Positions 27,067 to 39,345 of a stretch of DNA of 64,000 nt are shown piece after piece. The notes below the pieces were generated by a model, which searched no databases, had not been told where the DNA came from, and saw only the letters and a list, made by a program, of their open reading frames with translations. This DNA is from Epiperipatus broadwayi (Eukaryota > Animalia > Onychophora): contig JAQFVV010000006.1 in the NCBI GenBank assembly GCA_028023455.1, positions 15,810,001 to 15,874,000 on the forward strand, read 5' to 3'. A program made the position numbers and the translations under genes. Positions within the stretch are counted from its first letter, which is position 1; each line of letters opens with the position of its first letter.

Positions 27067-28594
27067 TATGGTTAGCTAACCTGTATTTTAAAGAAATAAT
27101 GATCATTTTGTAGTGTACACAGAGCTCTGCGATTTTAATCCCATTAAAATGGTTCTCCTATAGTTGAACTGGAGATACTCAAGCTGGCATGAGAGCGAGT
27201 TCTTCGGCAGCTTATGGGATCTTTAATTTAGTTGGGAGATGATTTAAAGTGGTGTTTCTGTAGCTGGACAAAAATTAGAATGAAGGCAAGTCCCTTTCTT
27301 AGCGGCTTACGGCATCTTTTATTTGGTAAAAGCTTGTTGGTTGTTGCTTCAGCATTGGATGGATTGAACTTCATTGTTCCAACATGGGAGTGGCAGCAAA
27401 ATTTTTGCCTGACTAGCAAGACATGGTAAAATGAAACAATTTTCAGCTTGAATAGTAATAGCTCTTCAAAATCAAGATGGAGTATATTGTCCCGCTTAAA
27501 ATATGGCCTATTTATATATTTTCACCAAGCCTTAACACCTTTTTAGAATTTTGTTTGCCTCAGAAGCAATTGACTTTTAATCAAACAAAATAATATAATC
27601 TAATTTTTACTACTGATAAAGTCTCTGATGTGTTAATTTTAATTTACTTAAAATTATTAAAATATATAAATCATATAATTTCATTCAGATTTCACTAATT
27701 AAATTTTTTTTTAGGTGTTATAAAATGTTAAAGCTTAGCAGATAAATAGTAACAGTATTTTTGATTTAATGATAAAGTCTTTTGTTGAAACAAAATCAAT
27801 CAGTAAACTAGATTTTACTTTTACCCCAGGTGCGGTCACTAATTGATTTCTTGTTTACACAAAATTCTTATTTTTAATTATAAACGGATGATTTTTATTT
27901 TAAATTTTAACATATTTTCTTCATATTATTTATTTTTAAAAAAAAAGCAAATTTAAAGAAAATAATTTAGTTTCAATTATATATGTAAAACATTAAATCA
28001 GAAAACTGTGAATATATCTTAAATAAAACATTATACATTATTTTTATTTAAACTTAAAGATATATATACAAATCATTTTGCCATTATTCCAAGGTTTAAA
28101 TTATCCATCCACATACGAATATAATACAGAATATAATTAAGAATTGACTGAAAAATAATAAAACATTTTATGAATAATTATGAAGATTTCTACGCTATAA
28201 TTTTATTAAACCTGTCTATTTATAGTGTATTTTCGTATGTAAATGGATGATGCCATTCAAGCAGCCATGATAGCAAAGTTTGCCTGCTTGACTTATATAT
28301 AACATTTTTACATTTAAGATAGGTTTGAAACTAGTTCAGACAAGTAGGTCATTAGGTTGATGGTGAAATTGGAAGAGATTGGAAGGTTTCTGTTTCAGTA
28401 TTTAGGGTCTTATGGTATGCACAAAATTTAAATTTCGAATTTAAAAGTTATAAAGGGGTACATTATACCAAAGCCATATTTTTAATCAGAATATGATAAG
28501 GGCAATTATCATATTCTGTGCAATTAATAACTGATTAAAATTTGAGATGAACAAGTTTGGTGTATTAAAGTAAGAACAGACATTAAAAGTCAAT

Positions 28595-28595
<1 letters not shown>

Positions 28596-28682
<87 letters not shown>

Positions 28683-28684
28683 TA
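28596..28684. repeat. (TA)n microsatellite
   Basis: Directly visible. Confidence 0.95.
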
Positions 28685-29655
28685 ACAATATTGAATATTG
28701 GCACCTATAATTTTATCTAAAATTATATTATTAAAATAATCTTTCGTAAAAGAAAAACATAAAATTAAATGTTGAAGAGTTTATTACAGCTTGTTGTCAA
28801 AAAGATGAGTCAAATAGTTTTCTAGCATTAGTTTCTGAAATAAAAGCTACAATTAATTAATCAGAAGAGGGGAAGGGTGTTTCATTAGAAAAAGTTAAAC
28901 TAAAGGTTTATAAAAGGAAGTAAAAAGTTTTTATTAGTATTCGTAAAAATATAATTTAAAAGGTAAGATATAAATAATTTAAAGTTTAAAAAAAAAAAAA
29001 AAAATCTTTTCATTCGAATTAAAGAAAATGTAAAACTAGTAATATACATGCGTATATATGTGCAATTGTCAATAATAGAATAAATATATATATGTAATAA
29101 ATGTTAGTATAAATCAATGAAAGTTAAAGAAGATTATTGTTAAAAAATACGGCAATGGCTATTAATTAAATATAAGACTACAGGATTAAAAAGCTTGTCT
29201 CCAAATGATTAGATATTAATTAAAATATAAAACAATACTTTTTGCATGGCTATTACTAATTAAACAATCTTTCAAAACACATTTATCAAAGGATTATCAT
29301 TGGAATTTTGACAACAGTTATTGCCGGAAGTTATTACAAGGACAACACATCACAGGTATAAATAGACTTTTTTTATCGGACAGTTCAGTTCACAAATTAA
29401 TTGAGTGAGTGCAGTTCACAAGTTAAGTGAATCAATTGAGTTAATTATACCCAGAAACAAAATGTAGTGCTGAAAAGATTTTGGGAATTCACGCCTCTCT
29501 AGAGCCTAAAAAGTCCGATGAAAACAGCAAGATCTGCTCGTGAAATAATATCAACGTAACAACTTAGAAAATCTCTGTCAGTATTTAATTGTCTCCAATA
29601 GTAATAATTGTGAAAATAAGGAAAATCATCAAGGAAATGTCCCAGCTGGTAGGAA

Positions 29656-29706
29656 GCATTCATAATGGAAGCATTCATAATGGAAACATTCATAATGGAA
29701 ATATTC
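29656..29706. repeat. 15-bp tandem repeat (gcattcataatggaa)x3
   Basis: Directly visible. Confidence 0.9.
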
Positions 29707-30249
29707 TCACCAAAAGCAGCCACCAAAGAGACCCAAAATTCTACGTCTATATTCAAAAGCCTTGGTAAAACATTTGCTTATTTCATTTATACTGTAATAG
29801 CCATTGCATTGCATTAATTCATATGAATCTTTCAAGAGTCTAATTATATGAACTCGATATCATACATAAATGAACTATTGATATGTGTGTTTAAATTTCA
29901 AATGCTATGTAATACATTATTATTATTATGTGTGTGCATGAGTTAATATGTGCGTGATCCTTATATCAATATTATTAGTTAAATTAAATAAATACCTGTG
30001 TTCTGTTATGAAAATATACAAGAATATTTAAACTAGTTTAGAAATGTTAATTTAAAAATATGCATGTGTTGTTATTAGAATTATAAAATTTTTAAATTTA
30101 GTAAATAAATGTTAGTTAATAAATTGTCTTTAAAATTAAACTTTATTTGTCGGTCAATTCTTTTTATCAATTCTTTTACCAAATTTTTTTATCAATCTCT
30201 TTTATAAATTCCTTTTACAATTCTTTTATCAATTCATTTAACCACTAAT

Positions 30250-31187
30250 TATGTATAACCTATTAGTGATTACAAACAGCTGAGCTAGTCATGGATTTAG
30301 GCGTTGAGTTAGTGGCCACAGTTCAAAGTGTGTTGTCTATTCTTTTAGTATTCTTTTAGAATAAACATCTGGCGCCTGTGACTATACACAAACAAAAAAG
30401 TGCTTTGGATGTGGTGTTGAACTCAACCGCTGAGAAGAAGCTATGTCCTGGAAATGTAACGCTAGCTATATACTTTATAGCTATCGTTTGGGCATACATA
30501 CTCTCTGAGTATGTTCTTCTCTGCCTAAGAGGCTGGTGATTCGAATGAACAGATTCGAACGTGGTTCAAATGGCCATACACAACTGTGGGGCTGAATCTA
30601 AGAAACAATAGTAACGAAATACCTTGTTTCATGTTTAAAAATTTCTTATAAAAAGTTAAATTACGTATGTAAAAGTGTTTTAATTTAAAAAAAAAAAAAG
30701 AATTGACTGAAAACTTTTTTTTTCGAAATGAAAATAGAGTTTGATATTTATGCTATCAAATCAGAGACAGTTGATATTTGGGCGGAGAAAAGGCACTAGA
30801 ACAGGTAGTGAAAAGGATTAAAAGGGTGGAGTTAACATGAGTTTCCGTCTTAGTAAGAAAAAATAAATAAATAAGTTGTATTTAAATTTAGTTTAACATA
30901 AGCGCTAGTACTTTAAAATTGAAATTTTCAAAAGTGGATCTGAAAGAAAGCACAATATATTTTAAAAATCCTCAGTTAGTGAAAAAAGAGAAAGAAGAAG
31001 TATCTGAGACATGAATGATGATGAAAATGATGATGAATATGATGCAAGAGTTTCAAGAAGAATTGTGTCAGAAATTTGAACAAAGCCAACAACAGCTTAA
31101 AGCTGAATTCAAAGCAGAAATATGAGAAATCAAACAAAGTCAGCAAGACCTCAAAGAAGAATTGTGTCAGAAATTCAAACAAAGTCA
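30250..31187 (+). mobile_element. Possible 5' end of a second LTR retrotransposon (LTR end, PBS, gag coiled coil) truncated by an RTE
   Basis: aataaaCA-tc-TGGCGCCTGTGAC at 30367-30382; MQEFQEELCQKFEQSQQQLKAEF..QDLKEELCQKFKQSQ near 31040-31187. Confidence 0.35.
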
Positions 31188-31189
31188 GT

Positions 31190-31810
31190 TTTGATTATCA
31201 TTGATTCTCTGGAGGATGAAGACCTTTTCACATTTAGTCTAGTTTCACTGATTTATAACTTGTCTTTTCCTCTCATACCAACAAACTTTCTTATTTCATC
31301 CATCCATCCATCTAACATGCCATCCATCATTCTACAACTGAACCAGACTATAAGGGAATAAGTAAGTGTATACATGTTATATCATGAGCTAAAGAGTTTT
31401 CTACTATTCATAGTTTCAGGTATTTATCCAAATATGTCCAATCCAGTCTTTAAATCTTTTGATATTATCAATGATGTCTGTTTATTCTCTCTTCATATAT
31501 TTTACTCTCAGGCTCTTCTTAAAACTCCAAGGATATAACTATCCATACTTCATTCATTAGGTTAGTCTCAGTATTGCTTTTCTGTTAAGCATTCAAGTCA
31601 CAGCAGCTTGTAAAACATGACTTGCTTTTCTACTAAGTGTTCAAACCCCAGATTCATAAACTGGTCCAAACACGTATGCTAAAAGTCTTCCTATTCAAAC
31701 ACATGGGCACATTTCTTTTGAATGTTAAATTATAATCTACTAAAGTGCATCCAAGCATTAATGATCTGGCCAAAATATTTGTAGTCATTACCTTCTGTTA
31801 ATCCACAATT
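31190..31810 (-). mobile_element. Old RTE LINE 3' fragment
   Basis: Degenerate reverse complement of the 9700-10320 RTE (atttcatccatccatc, atatgtcca, ggcacatttcttttgaatg). Confidence 0.6.
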
Positions 31811-32229
31811 ATCAATCTTTTCTGCAAAAATCCATTGAACAATAAAATCAAATATTTTGTTGCTCGGAAGTTCATAAGAAGTTTGAATATCAGAAGAGAA
31901 AGTGAATTGGGATATGTAGTCCTTGGGTGTAAGATTTTCCACTTTTACTTTCATCTGATAACTCTTGCAACACATGGCATAATCACATCATTAGTTACTT
32001 GAAACCCATAGCACTATGTTAAACCAAATGGTATATACAGTAGTTAAAGCATTTGATATCACTGAAAGGTAAAGGTTTGTTTTTGGAAGATATCTTTACA
32101 ATAGAGTTTACTTTTTAATGCAGGTATGATTTGACAAATGTATATCTCAACTTACCATGGAATTCTGTATAATGATTCACTTACATCAGTTAAAGGTTGT
32201 CTACTAACACTGATGATAGTGTATTGACT

Positions 32230-33240
32230 ATCAAGCAGTTATTCTTAGAAGTAATTTTTTATGTTTTGATTTACAAGTGTCAAATTTACTTCATCCACAA
32301 CTTTGACACCATCCACTTTAGACAAATGCAATAATAATTGTCATTAATCACTTATTAAACTAGAGATTATCTGCAGTTAGGATATAAAATTTAAACCTCA
32401 GTTAAAGATTAATATATCTTTTTTAAAAAAATTCAACACACACACATGACATTATTTACATTGCTCTTTCCCATGTGTAATGTTTATATATATATATATA
32501 ATATAACAACATTCACACCATCATCCATTCTTTTGAAATTATATGAATAAAAATATAATAAAAGACAAATCACTGCTATATTTATCTAGAGATGATGGTG
32601 TTAGAATTATGGACAGAGCATGTTTGACACATTCAAAATATGACAGTCTAGTATTGATAAATACTATACATATGATAAAGACATATGAGAGATGGTGACC
32701 CAGGCCAACTGATGAATGCTGGTTCAGCATGAAATGCATTTTGGGAGTAATTTGTCTTTTATTGTACCTTTATTTATATGATTTCAGAAAAATGTGTTGT
32801 GGTGTGGAGATCATTTAATACATACATGGCACATGGAAAAAAAAAATATGAATCTCCATGTGTGTATGTGTTTAATTTTAAAATGTATAATTTATTAATC
32901 TTTAAATTTTCCCTAGTTTAATAGATTATTAGCGATAATCATTACTGTATTTATCTAGCATTGATGGTATCAATGTTGGGGGCAGAGTAAGTTTAAGACT
33001 TGTAAATCAAAATGTAAGAAATTAATATTAATAAATACCTACATACAATAAAGATATAAATGATAGGTAGTGACCTAGGCCAAATGGTAAGGACTGGCTT
33101 AGCAAGAAATGCATCATGGGAGTCACTTATCTTTTTATTGTATATTTATTCGTATGATTTTAAAAGAAGGTGTGGTGGTGTGGAGATTATTTTATACATT
33201 TATAATTACATTGTTAATGGTCAGCAAACAATAACATTTA
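32230..33240. mobile_element. Family D hammerhead-bearing element: inverted segment plus two tandem ~375-nt units
   Basis: 32230-32560 is the reverse complement of parts of 32750-33030; ribozyme positions 32709 and 33084 are 375 nt apart. Confidence 0.7.
32705..32744 (+). ncRNA. Minimal type I hammerhead ribozyme, intact core (family D)
   Basis: CCAA-CUGAUGA-AUGCU-GGUUC-AGCAU-GAAA-UGCAU-U-UUGG; stem III palindrome AUGCAU, AUU cleavage triplet. Confidence 0.75.
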
Positions 33241-33254
33241 TCATGCATTTGTGG

Positions 33255-33470
33255 GGCCCTTGCAAGAATATCGTAGCCCCTGGAATCAGCTGTTCATAGG
33301 TTAAGAATATCTGGTTTTAGATCATTCATAAAAATTATATTATCAGGTCTAATTGATTATTACAAAGAAATTAAATCATATGTCAAATGACCTAATTTAA
33401 CATCCTAGCACCTCACTGAGGAATCCAGTAGCAGAAACCGGTCTGGGGTTGGAGATATTCTGCAAGGGTT
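33255..33470. mobile_element. Family B-related fold-back with hammerhead-like motif 33411-33448
   Basis: CCUCA-CUGAGGA-(weak stem II)-GAAA-CCGGU-C-UGGGG; cccttgcaagaatatc is inverted with gatattctgcaaggg. Confidence 0.5.
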
Positions 33471-34234
33471 GTTAAGAGCTTATTTACAAGTTCTATATGC
33501 AACTGATTATTATTATCATCGAGATAATTCAGATGGTGCTACAGTTAGGGCAACATTGAAGATGTCTTCAGTGAAACTTAGCAGATTTGTGGGCTTTCCA
33601 TGAGCTTAGCACAGTTTTGTTGATTGTTGAGAATAAAAAAAAAATCAGAATCAATATATAAAATGCAGATACCTATATTGCAATTAGAGATTATGTAAGT
33701 TAATTAAACTATTGCCTTCAAGTATAATGCTAACACTATCTATTATTAGATATCTCTGTAAAAAAAATTTAAACTCACTTATCTTTTAAGAGTAATTTTA
33801 TAAGCATTTGTATTTTATATGACAGGATGGGTGTTATTTCATGTTACATCTATTTATTTTAGTGTAATAAGTCAACTTACATAATAAAAAATGCCCATGG
33901 AGATTAATAGAATGTAGGATGTCAGTAGGCTGTTGTTACATGATATATTTTTAATGTCTTTCATGATCATGATCTTTTTGTTTATTAATTGTCACTACAA
34001 ATATTATGGTATATTTGAACAACTAAACTACTAGAAGATCCAGCTTTTCAGATATAAAGGATCAGCTCTGATAAACTTTGAACTTTGATTTAGGGATAAA
34101 AAGCTCACAAGACGAATGATCTGTCACTGCACTCCAACTAATGTAATATTTAATATAACTATCACATGACCTATAATATGACTTTCAGCTTGCATATTGC
34201 TGTTTTAGTGACATACTTTGTCAAATATGTTAAA

Positions 34235-34380
34235 CATTTTCATGGATTGTTATTATAATTAAAAATAGAAATAAAAAATTATATCCATGTAAACGGAGAT
34301 AACTTTTGTCTTTTAATGTTTCTATGAAACTATTTACTATCTGTTATAGATTAATAGAGAAACTTGTTTAGCCTCAGGGG
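34235..34380 (+). repeat. Unclassified dispersed repeat (family F); copies at 40680-40850 and 61365-61535 (-)
   Basis: ttttcatggattgttattataat..attatatccatgtaaac(g/a)gagataac is shared. Confidence 0.6.
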
Positions 34381-34544
34381 AGTAGTCATTTAGTAGTAAT
34401 AGGTAGTTTCATGACAACAACAAAAGGCAAAAATTATGTTTAAATTGATATACTTTTTACCTCATCTAAGCTACTTATTTACTGTAAGTTTAGTAAATAA
34501 TGATAGATGGCAATAAATCCTCCTGTGATGTCATATTCAAAATC

Positions 34545-34990
34545 CTGAATCCAGGTTCCAGCTTATGACTTTCATTAGTGAGGGGCTTTGGATCATGGAA
34601 AAATATATCAGGTCTTTTAGAATCTAATGCCTTCCTTCCAGATACTATCATTTATCTCTAAGGTTATGTTATCAAGCAATTCTGGCCACAGGTTAGAGTG
34701 CATGTAGTTATTTAAAAAACTAAAGACATCATAATATATGGAATCTGAACTGGATTCAGATCTGTATGACCATATAAGCAAGTTGGCTTGTTATATGATT
34801 TTCTGATTGACTTGATAGCTAGATATTATAATGTGGAGGTAAATGGAAGTACCTGGATGCACAGTGCAGTAATATGCTAAGGCCCAGTTGCACTGTTAGA
34901 AGTTTCAAAGTTCCTCACTGATAAATGTCATAAGCTTGAAACTAGTCTAGGAATTTTGGACAGGACTGCAAGAATAGGACTATCATCTGC
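34545..34990. mobile_element. Diverged family B copy with degenerate ribozyme at 34913-34951
   Basis: cctca-ctgataa..gaaactagtc-tagg on plus; inverted tttcattagtgaggggctttggatc at ~34570. Confidence 0.55.
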
Positions 34991-35582
34991 ATCCATCATT
35001 AGTTACTAAAATAAATGGCCTAAAGTAAGTATGCTGCTACTATTTAATTCAACAAATTGCATGAATTGATTGAAAGAAATATTACCATTTAGGTAGGCAT
35101 TATGTTTTGTGCTTATGTTTTGGGTGATAATTTATATTCAAGGTATAAATTATTTTATTATCTAGACTAGGCAAAAAGTATTAGTAATTAATTATATGCT
35201 TTGTAGCAAAAAAACAACAATCTGTTTTTCTTTTACTTGTTTGTTTAAATTGATGTTCATAAAAAACTAATGGAATGGTTGTTGCTTGAAATTTCACAAG
35301 ATTTATATAAAGTTTAAGTGACAAATTAGAGTTATGGCCCATGGAGCTTGAGCTTGGAACTGCCAATCTTGCCCTACTTTAAATCATAAAGGGAACTAGT
35401 GTATATATATACTGATTCCGATATTTTTGCACTGCTCCAAAAGAGAATGTCAGCAGGTTGATAAGTTACATTGGATTGATAATTGTTTATAACAGTTTGA
35501 TAATCTTTTTTTGTCATTAATGTATTTACTTTCAGCAATTGAAATTGTTAATGATTCTAGCATAACTGCTAATACTATAAAT

Positions 35583-36034
35583 CAGGGGTGGCCAACTTTT
35601 GAGTTCATAATATCTACTTTTTATTTTAAAAATGTGTTGCGATGGACTTGTTGTCATAGGAGTCTAAATGGAGGGAGGTGTTAAATACATTCTATTTTTA
35701 TATATCTACCTACTAAAAAATCCTATAATTATTTAACGGGTCAAAAAACTCATATCCTGGGGGGGGGGGGAGGTTAAAGCAACATGAGTAATTATTAATA
35801 ATTTTAATAATTCAAATTAGCCACATTAAGTCAAGATTAAAAATATTATTTTCAATAATGATACGACTTAGTGGACTTCACCTATCTAGAATAGAAAAAA
35901 AAATTAGAACAAAAACAAAAATAACAAAAAAACTTGAAAATCTTGACTTAATTTGTTTCACTCGTAACCTTTGGCTCTTGCCAGATTGGCCTCGATCGAT
36001 TGGTTGATCACGATAGACTTGTTTGCCACCCCTG
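35583..36034. mobile_element. hAT-type MITE (452 bp)
   Basis: TIRs CAGGGGTGGCCAAC / GTTTGCCACCCCTG; perfect 8-bp TSD ctataaat at 35575-35582 and 36035-36042. Confidence 0.9.
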
Positions 36035-36194
36035 CTATAAATCATTAAAATAGAAATATGAAGGAATTCCCTCGTCTCAAAAAAAAACCCAGAATTTCAT
36101 AATAAAAAATTGTGTACAGTATTTATTTTTAGGTGTTACAAATTGAATCTTTTTCAAAGTATTATCCATTTGATGTAATGTACAGTCTAAACAT

Positions 36195-36783
36195 TGTGTT
36201 TTTCTGAAGGTTTGTAATGATGGTATTTTAGCTATATATTGGACTATTTCCATCGTCTAAGTATTGAATGTCTTTAGAAAAATTTAACTTTATTTAAATA
36301 TTCCAAATACATTCAACTGTTAGTAATAGAATACAGGACAGTATATGCACAATGTTAAAGAGGTATTATTCTCATCTCTTCTTCAGGTATTACTGGCTTG
36401 ATCAGTGACAGTACTAGCATCGTAATTGAATCTGGACCCTTAGATTCTTGAATATTAAATTTTAAGGTAATACTCTAACCAACTGATACACCCTTTACAA
36501 ATGACTCAGTTGGTTAGAGTTTTATCTTAAAATTCAATATTCAAGAATTTAAGATTCCATAATAATGCCACTTTAAAATTCAATATTCAAGAATCTAAGA
36601 ATCAAAGTTCGATTCCCATGTTAGTTCTGTCGTTGATCAGGTTAGAATCACCTGAAAAAGAGGAAGAATAACACATCTCAAAACATTGTGCATATACTAT
36701 CTTGTTTACACATCAAAGTTAAATATTTCTAAAGACATTCAATACTTATATTAAATTATGGAAATAGTCCAATATATAAAATA
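36195..36783. mobile_element. Family A tRNA-headed hammerhead element, inverted dimer, ribozymes degenerate
   Basis: Matches 48319-48976; flanking duplication tctaaacat at 36186-36194 and 36784-36792. Confidence 0.8.
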
Positions 36784-36799
36784 TCTAAACATGTTTTCC

Positions 36800-37385
36800 A
36801 CTCGTCGAAGTATTCCTGAAACTCTTGCAACCTGATACCTTTTAATGCCTTCCTCATTTCTTTTCTTCATCACTTCCAAGTTGCAAAACTTGTTTTTTTT
36901 TATGCATTTTTTTATTCGGGAGAAAAAAAAGTTGAGTGAGATTGGGTTAATATGGCTGATGGATAAGCTGGGTGATGCTGTTTTTAATTTAAAGAATGCC
37001 TCATACTCAAGGCTTTGTGTACTTGCACATTGCTGTGGTAAAATTTGCATTCACTGGTTTGCCAGAAATCAAGTTATTTTCATTTTATTGCATCATGAAA
37101 AATTTCAGAATTTGTAGGTAAAATGCCTGATTGTTACAAACGAGTTGTGAGTGAACAATGCCATATACATAAACAAAAAAAATCATCATCATCTTGATAT
37201 TAAACTTCACTCATCATGCTTTTTGAGATATGATGAATTTGATAATTCCATTAAAACCATTTTTAAACTCGTGTCTTTTTCCAGAGTAACTTGTAAGTTG
37301 TTTCAAGCATTACAGCTGTTTCCTGTAACATCAAGTTTCAACTTTTCAATCATTACAAAAATTGGCAAATATGCGAGAAATATAG
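36800..37385 (-). mobile_element. Decayed mariner transposase fragment
   Basis: FYHSNVQVHKALSMR and KNSITQLIHQPY*PNLT resemble the HDNA..H and HPPYSPDLAP motifs. Confidence 0.55.
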
Positions 37386-37387
37386 AG

Positions 37388-37590
37388 GCTAAACTCTCCA
37401 CACAATAGCATCACCAGTGCAAACCAGAGTAATCAATGGATGCAAGAAGGTTTGTGCATAAAATGCCTATCCATTGATTACTCTGATTTGCACTAGTGGC
37501 GCTACTGTATTGAGAGTTTAGGGTCTGTGGAAACAGTTGTGTAAGTGGTAAGAAATGATGATCATGTGATGTTTAATGGTTTTATGTGAG
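37388..37590. mobile_element. Family B 3'-end fold-back
   Basis: accagagtaatcaatggat is inverted with atccattgattactctg; ends gatcatgtgatgtttaatggttt. Confidence 0.7.
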
Positions 37591-39007
37591 AAACACTTGA
37601 CAAAAAATTTATTATATCGCCCCTCACTTCTCTTAATGAAAACTGTTGGCAGACTGATATGATGCATTGTCACTTCTTCTATGGTCAGGAATCTCTCAAC
37701 AACTATGCTCAGAAAAACCTGTTAGCCACTTTCACTTCCCTTTCCATTCCCCAGCCCAAGTTTTCCCATATTCTTTTTTATCCTGCTCCATCCCATTTCC
37801 ACAAGATAATCTTTGTCAACTCCATGGCCCTTATATCTAAAACCCCCTTATCTTTTCCCAAACCCAGCATAAAAACCAATAAGCCGCTTTCTGTAAAATC
37901 ACTTTGTTCATATTTATTCTTCCACAACTTCATTATTTCTGCTTTCAGACATTTTCATTCAATTAACAGATGCCTAATGGTGGAGGTTCCTACAAGAGGC
38001 ATCTAGCCACAGAAACATGTACTACAATGTGCATGCCTTCCACAGAATGATTCCAAGGTTTTTTAGTACTCCCTTATGTTTCCCCATGTGACTAATCCTG
38101 ATTAAGAATAGTTAGATTAGATATCCATTTACTGACTCTTATTAGATAGCTAACTAGGTTGATTACAGGTCATCTTGTAAAATTCATCAGCATAAAATCG
38201 AACCCCAGATTAAGAGCAAGGATTTTCAAAAATGTTACATTTAAATAATATTTGCAAATCAGAGTTCGTTTTTGCTTTCACTATTTTCTTCTTTCATTTT
38301 AAATCATCCTTAATTTATTTATTTATTTTTCCTTAGACGAAACAATTGCTAAAATATTTCACAGTTTTTATATATTCTGTTGAAAATTTAAATTTATAAC
38401 TTGGCACATAAGTGATTATCTTTAAAGATTAGCCAAACATTCCGAAAACAGTAATATAATCCACTTATTTCTTTTCTTCACCATCATGATATTTTAAAAA
38501 AAATATTTACTAATCCACACTTCAAAATCATCAATACTTTTTATCCTATTTTTTCATTATCAAACTATTTCATCCATAAAGAGTTATATATTCACTTCCA
38601 TTAAGTGAATTCGTGATCCACGTATATAGCAATATATAACAGCACAGCTTTTATAATGCATTAAAATCTTGATATCAGAAAACAATATATATTTATGAAC
38701 GACAATAAGTAGTAATTATTTAATCACGCATAGACATTTTTTCTTTTTAAAATCAAGCCTTTTTTTTCTGAAATGAATACATCGCAACATACATTTTAAT
38801 GACAAACTAGTGTGTCAAGCTTTGTTTAAATTAAGCTTTAATCTCCATCTAGTGTCCTTCTCTCGCACTATTCTTAAAGTGATAAATCAGTTTAACACTT
38901 GCAGTGCTATGGGAAAGAAGTTCTTATTTGTACGTTAATAAAGAAAGAGTTAATTCTAACAATATTAAAGTTTTATAAATTTTCTGTCAGTTAATTAATT
39001 TCTACAA

Positions 39008-39345
39008 TCATCATCATCATCAACCATTATCAATCCACTGCAGGATGAAGGTCTCTCCAAGTTCAATCCTTCTCCGATCTTTAGCTTCTCTTTTTCGCAT
39101 CACCCCTGCACACTTTCTTATTTCATCCATCCATCCATCTCAGATGTGGTCTCTTTCTGGGTCTTTTACAATTTCTTGGAAACCGGTTTAAGATTTCAAT
39201 TGTCCATCTATTATCATCTCTTCTAGCAATATGTCCAGCCTAATTTCAGTCTTTTAATTTTTTCAATGAGGTCAGTGACATCTATTTGTTCTCTTACCCT
39301 TCTTGTACTCCTAACTTGCATTTCTCCATACTTCTTTAAGTGGTC
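39008..39345 (-). mobile_element. RTE LINE 3' end
   Basis: catcatcat tail, atcaatccactgcaggatgaaggtctctcc, ctagcaatatgtccagcc. Confidence 0.85.

Noticed and set aside
32205-32240. ctgatga followed by a tagt/acta hairpin
   Set aside because: No GAAA core or stem I/III partner, so not a hammerhead.
37700-38060. TIRHLLIE*KCL zinc-knuckle-like LINE C-terminus on the minus strand
   Set aside because: Single short motif with no supporting RT sequence; too weak to call.
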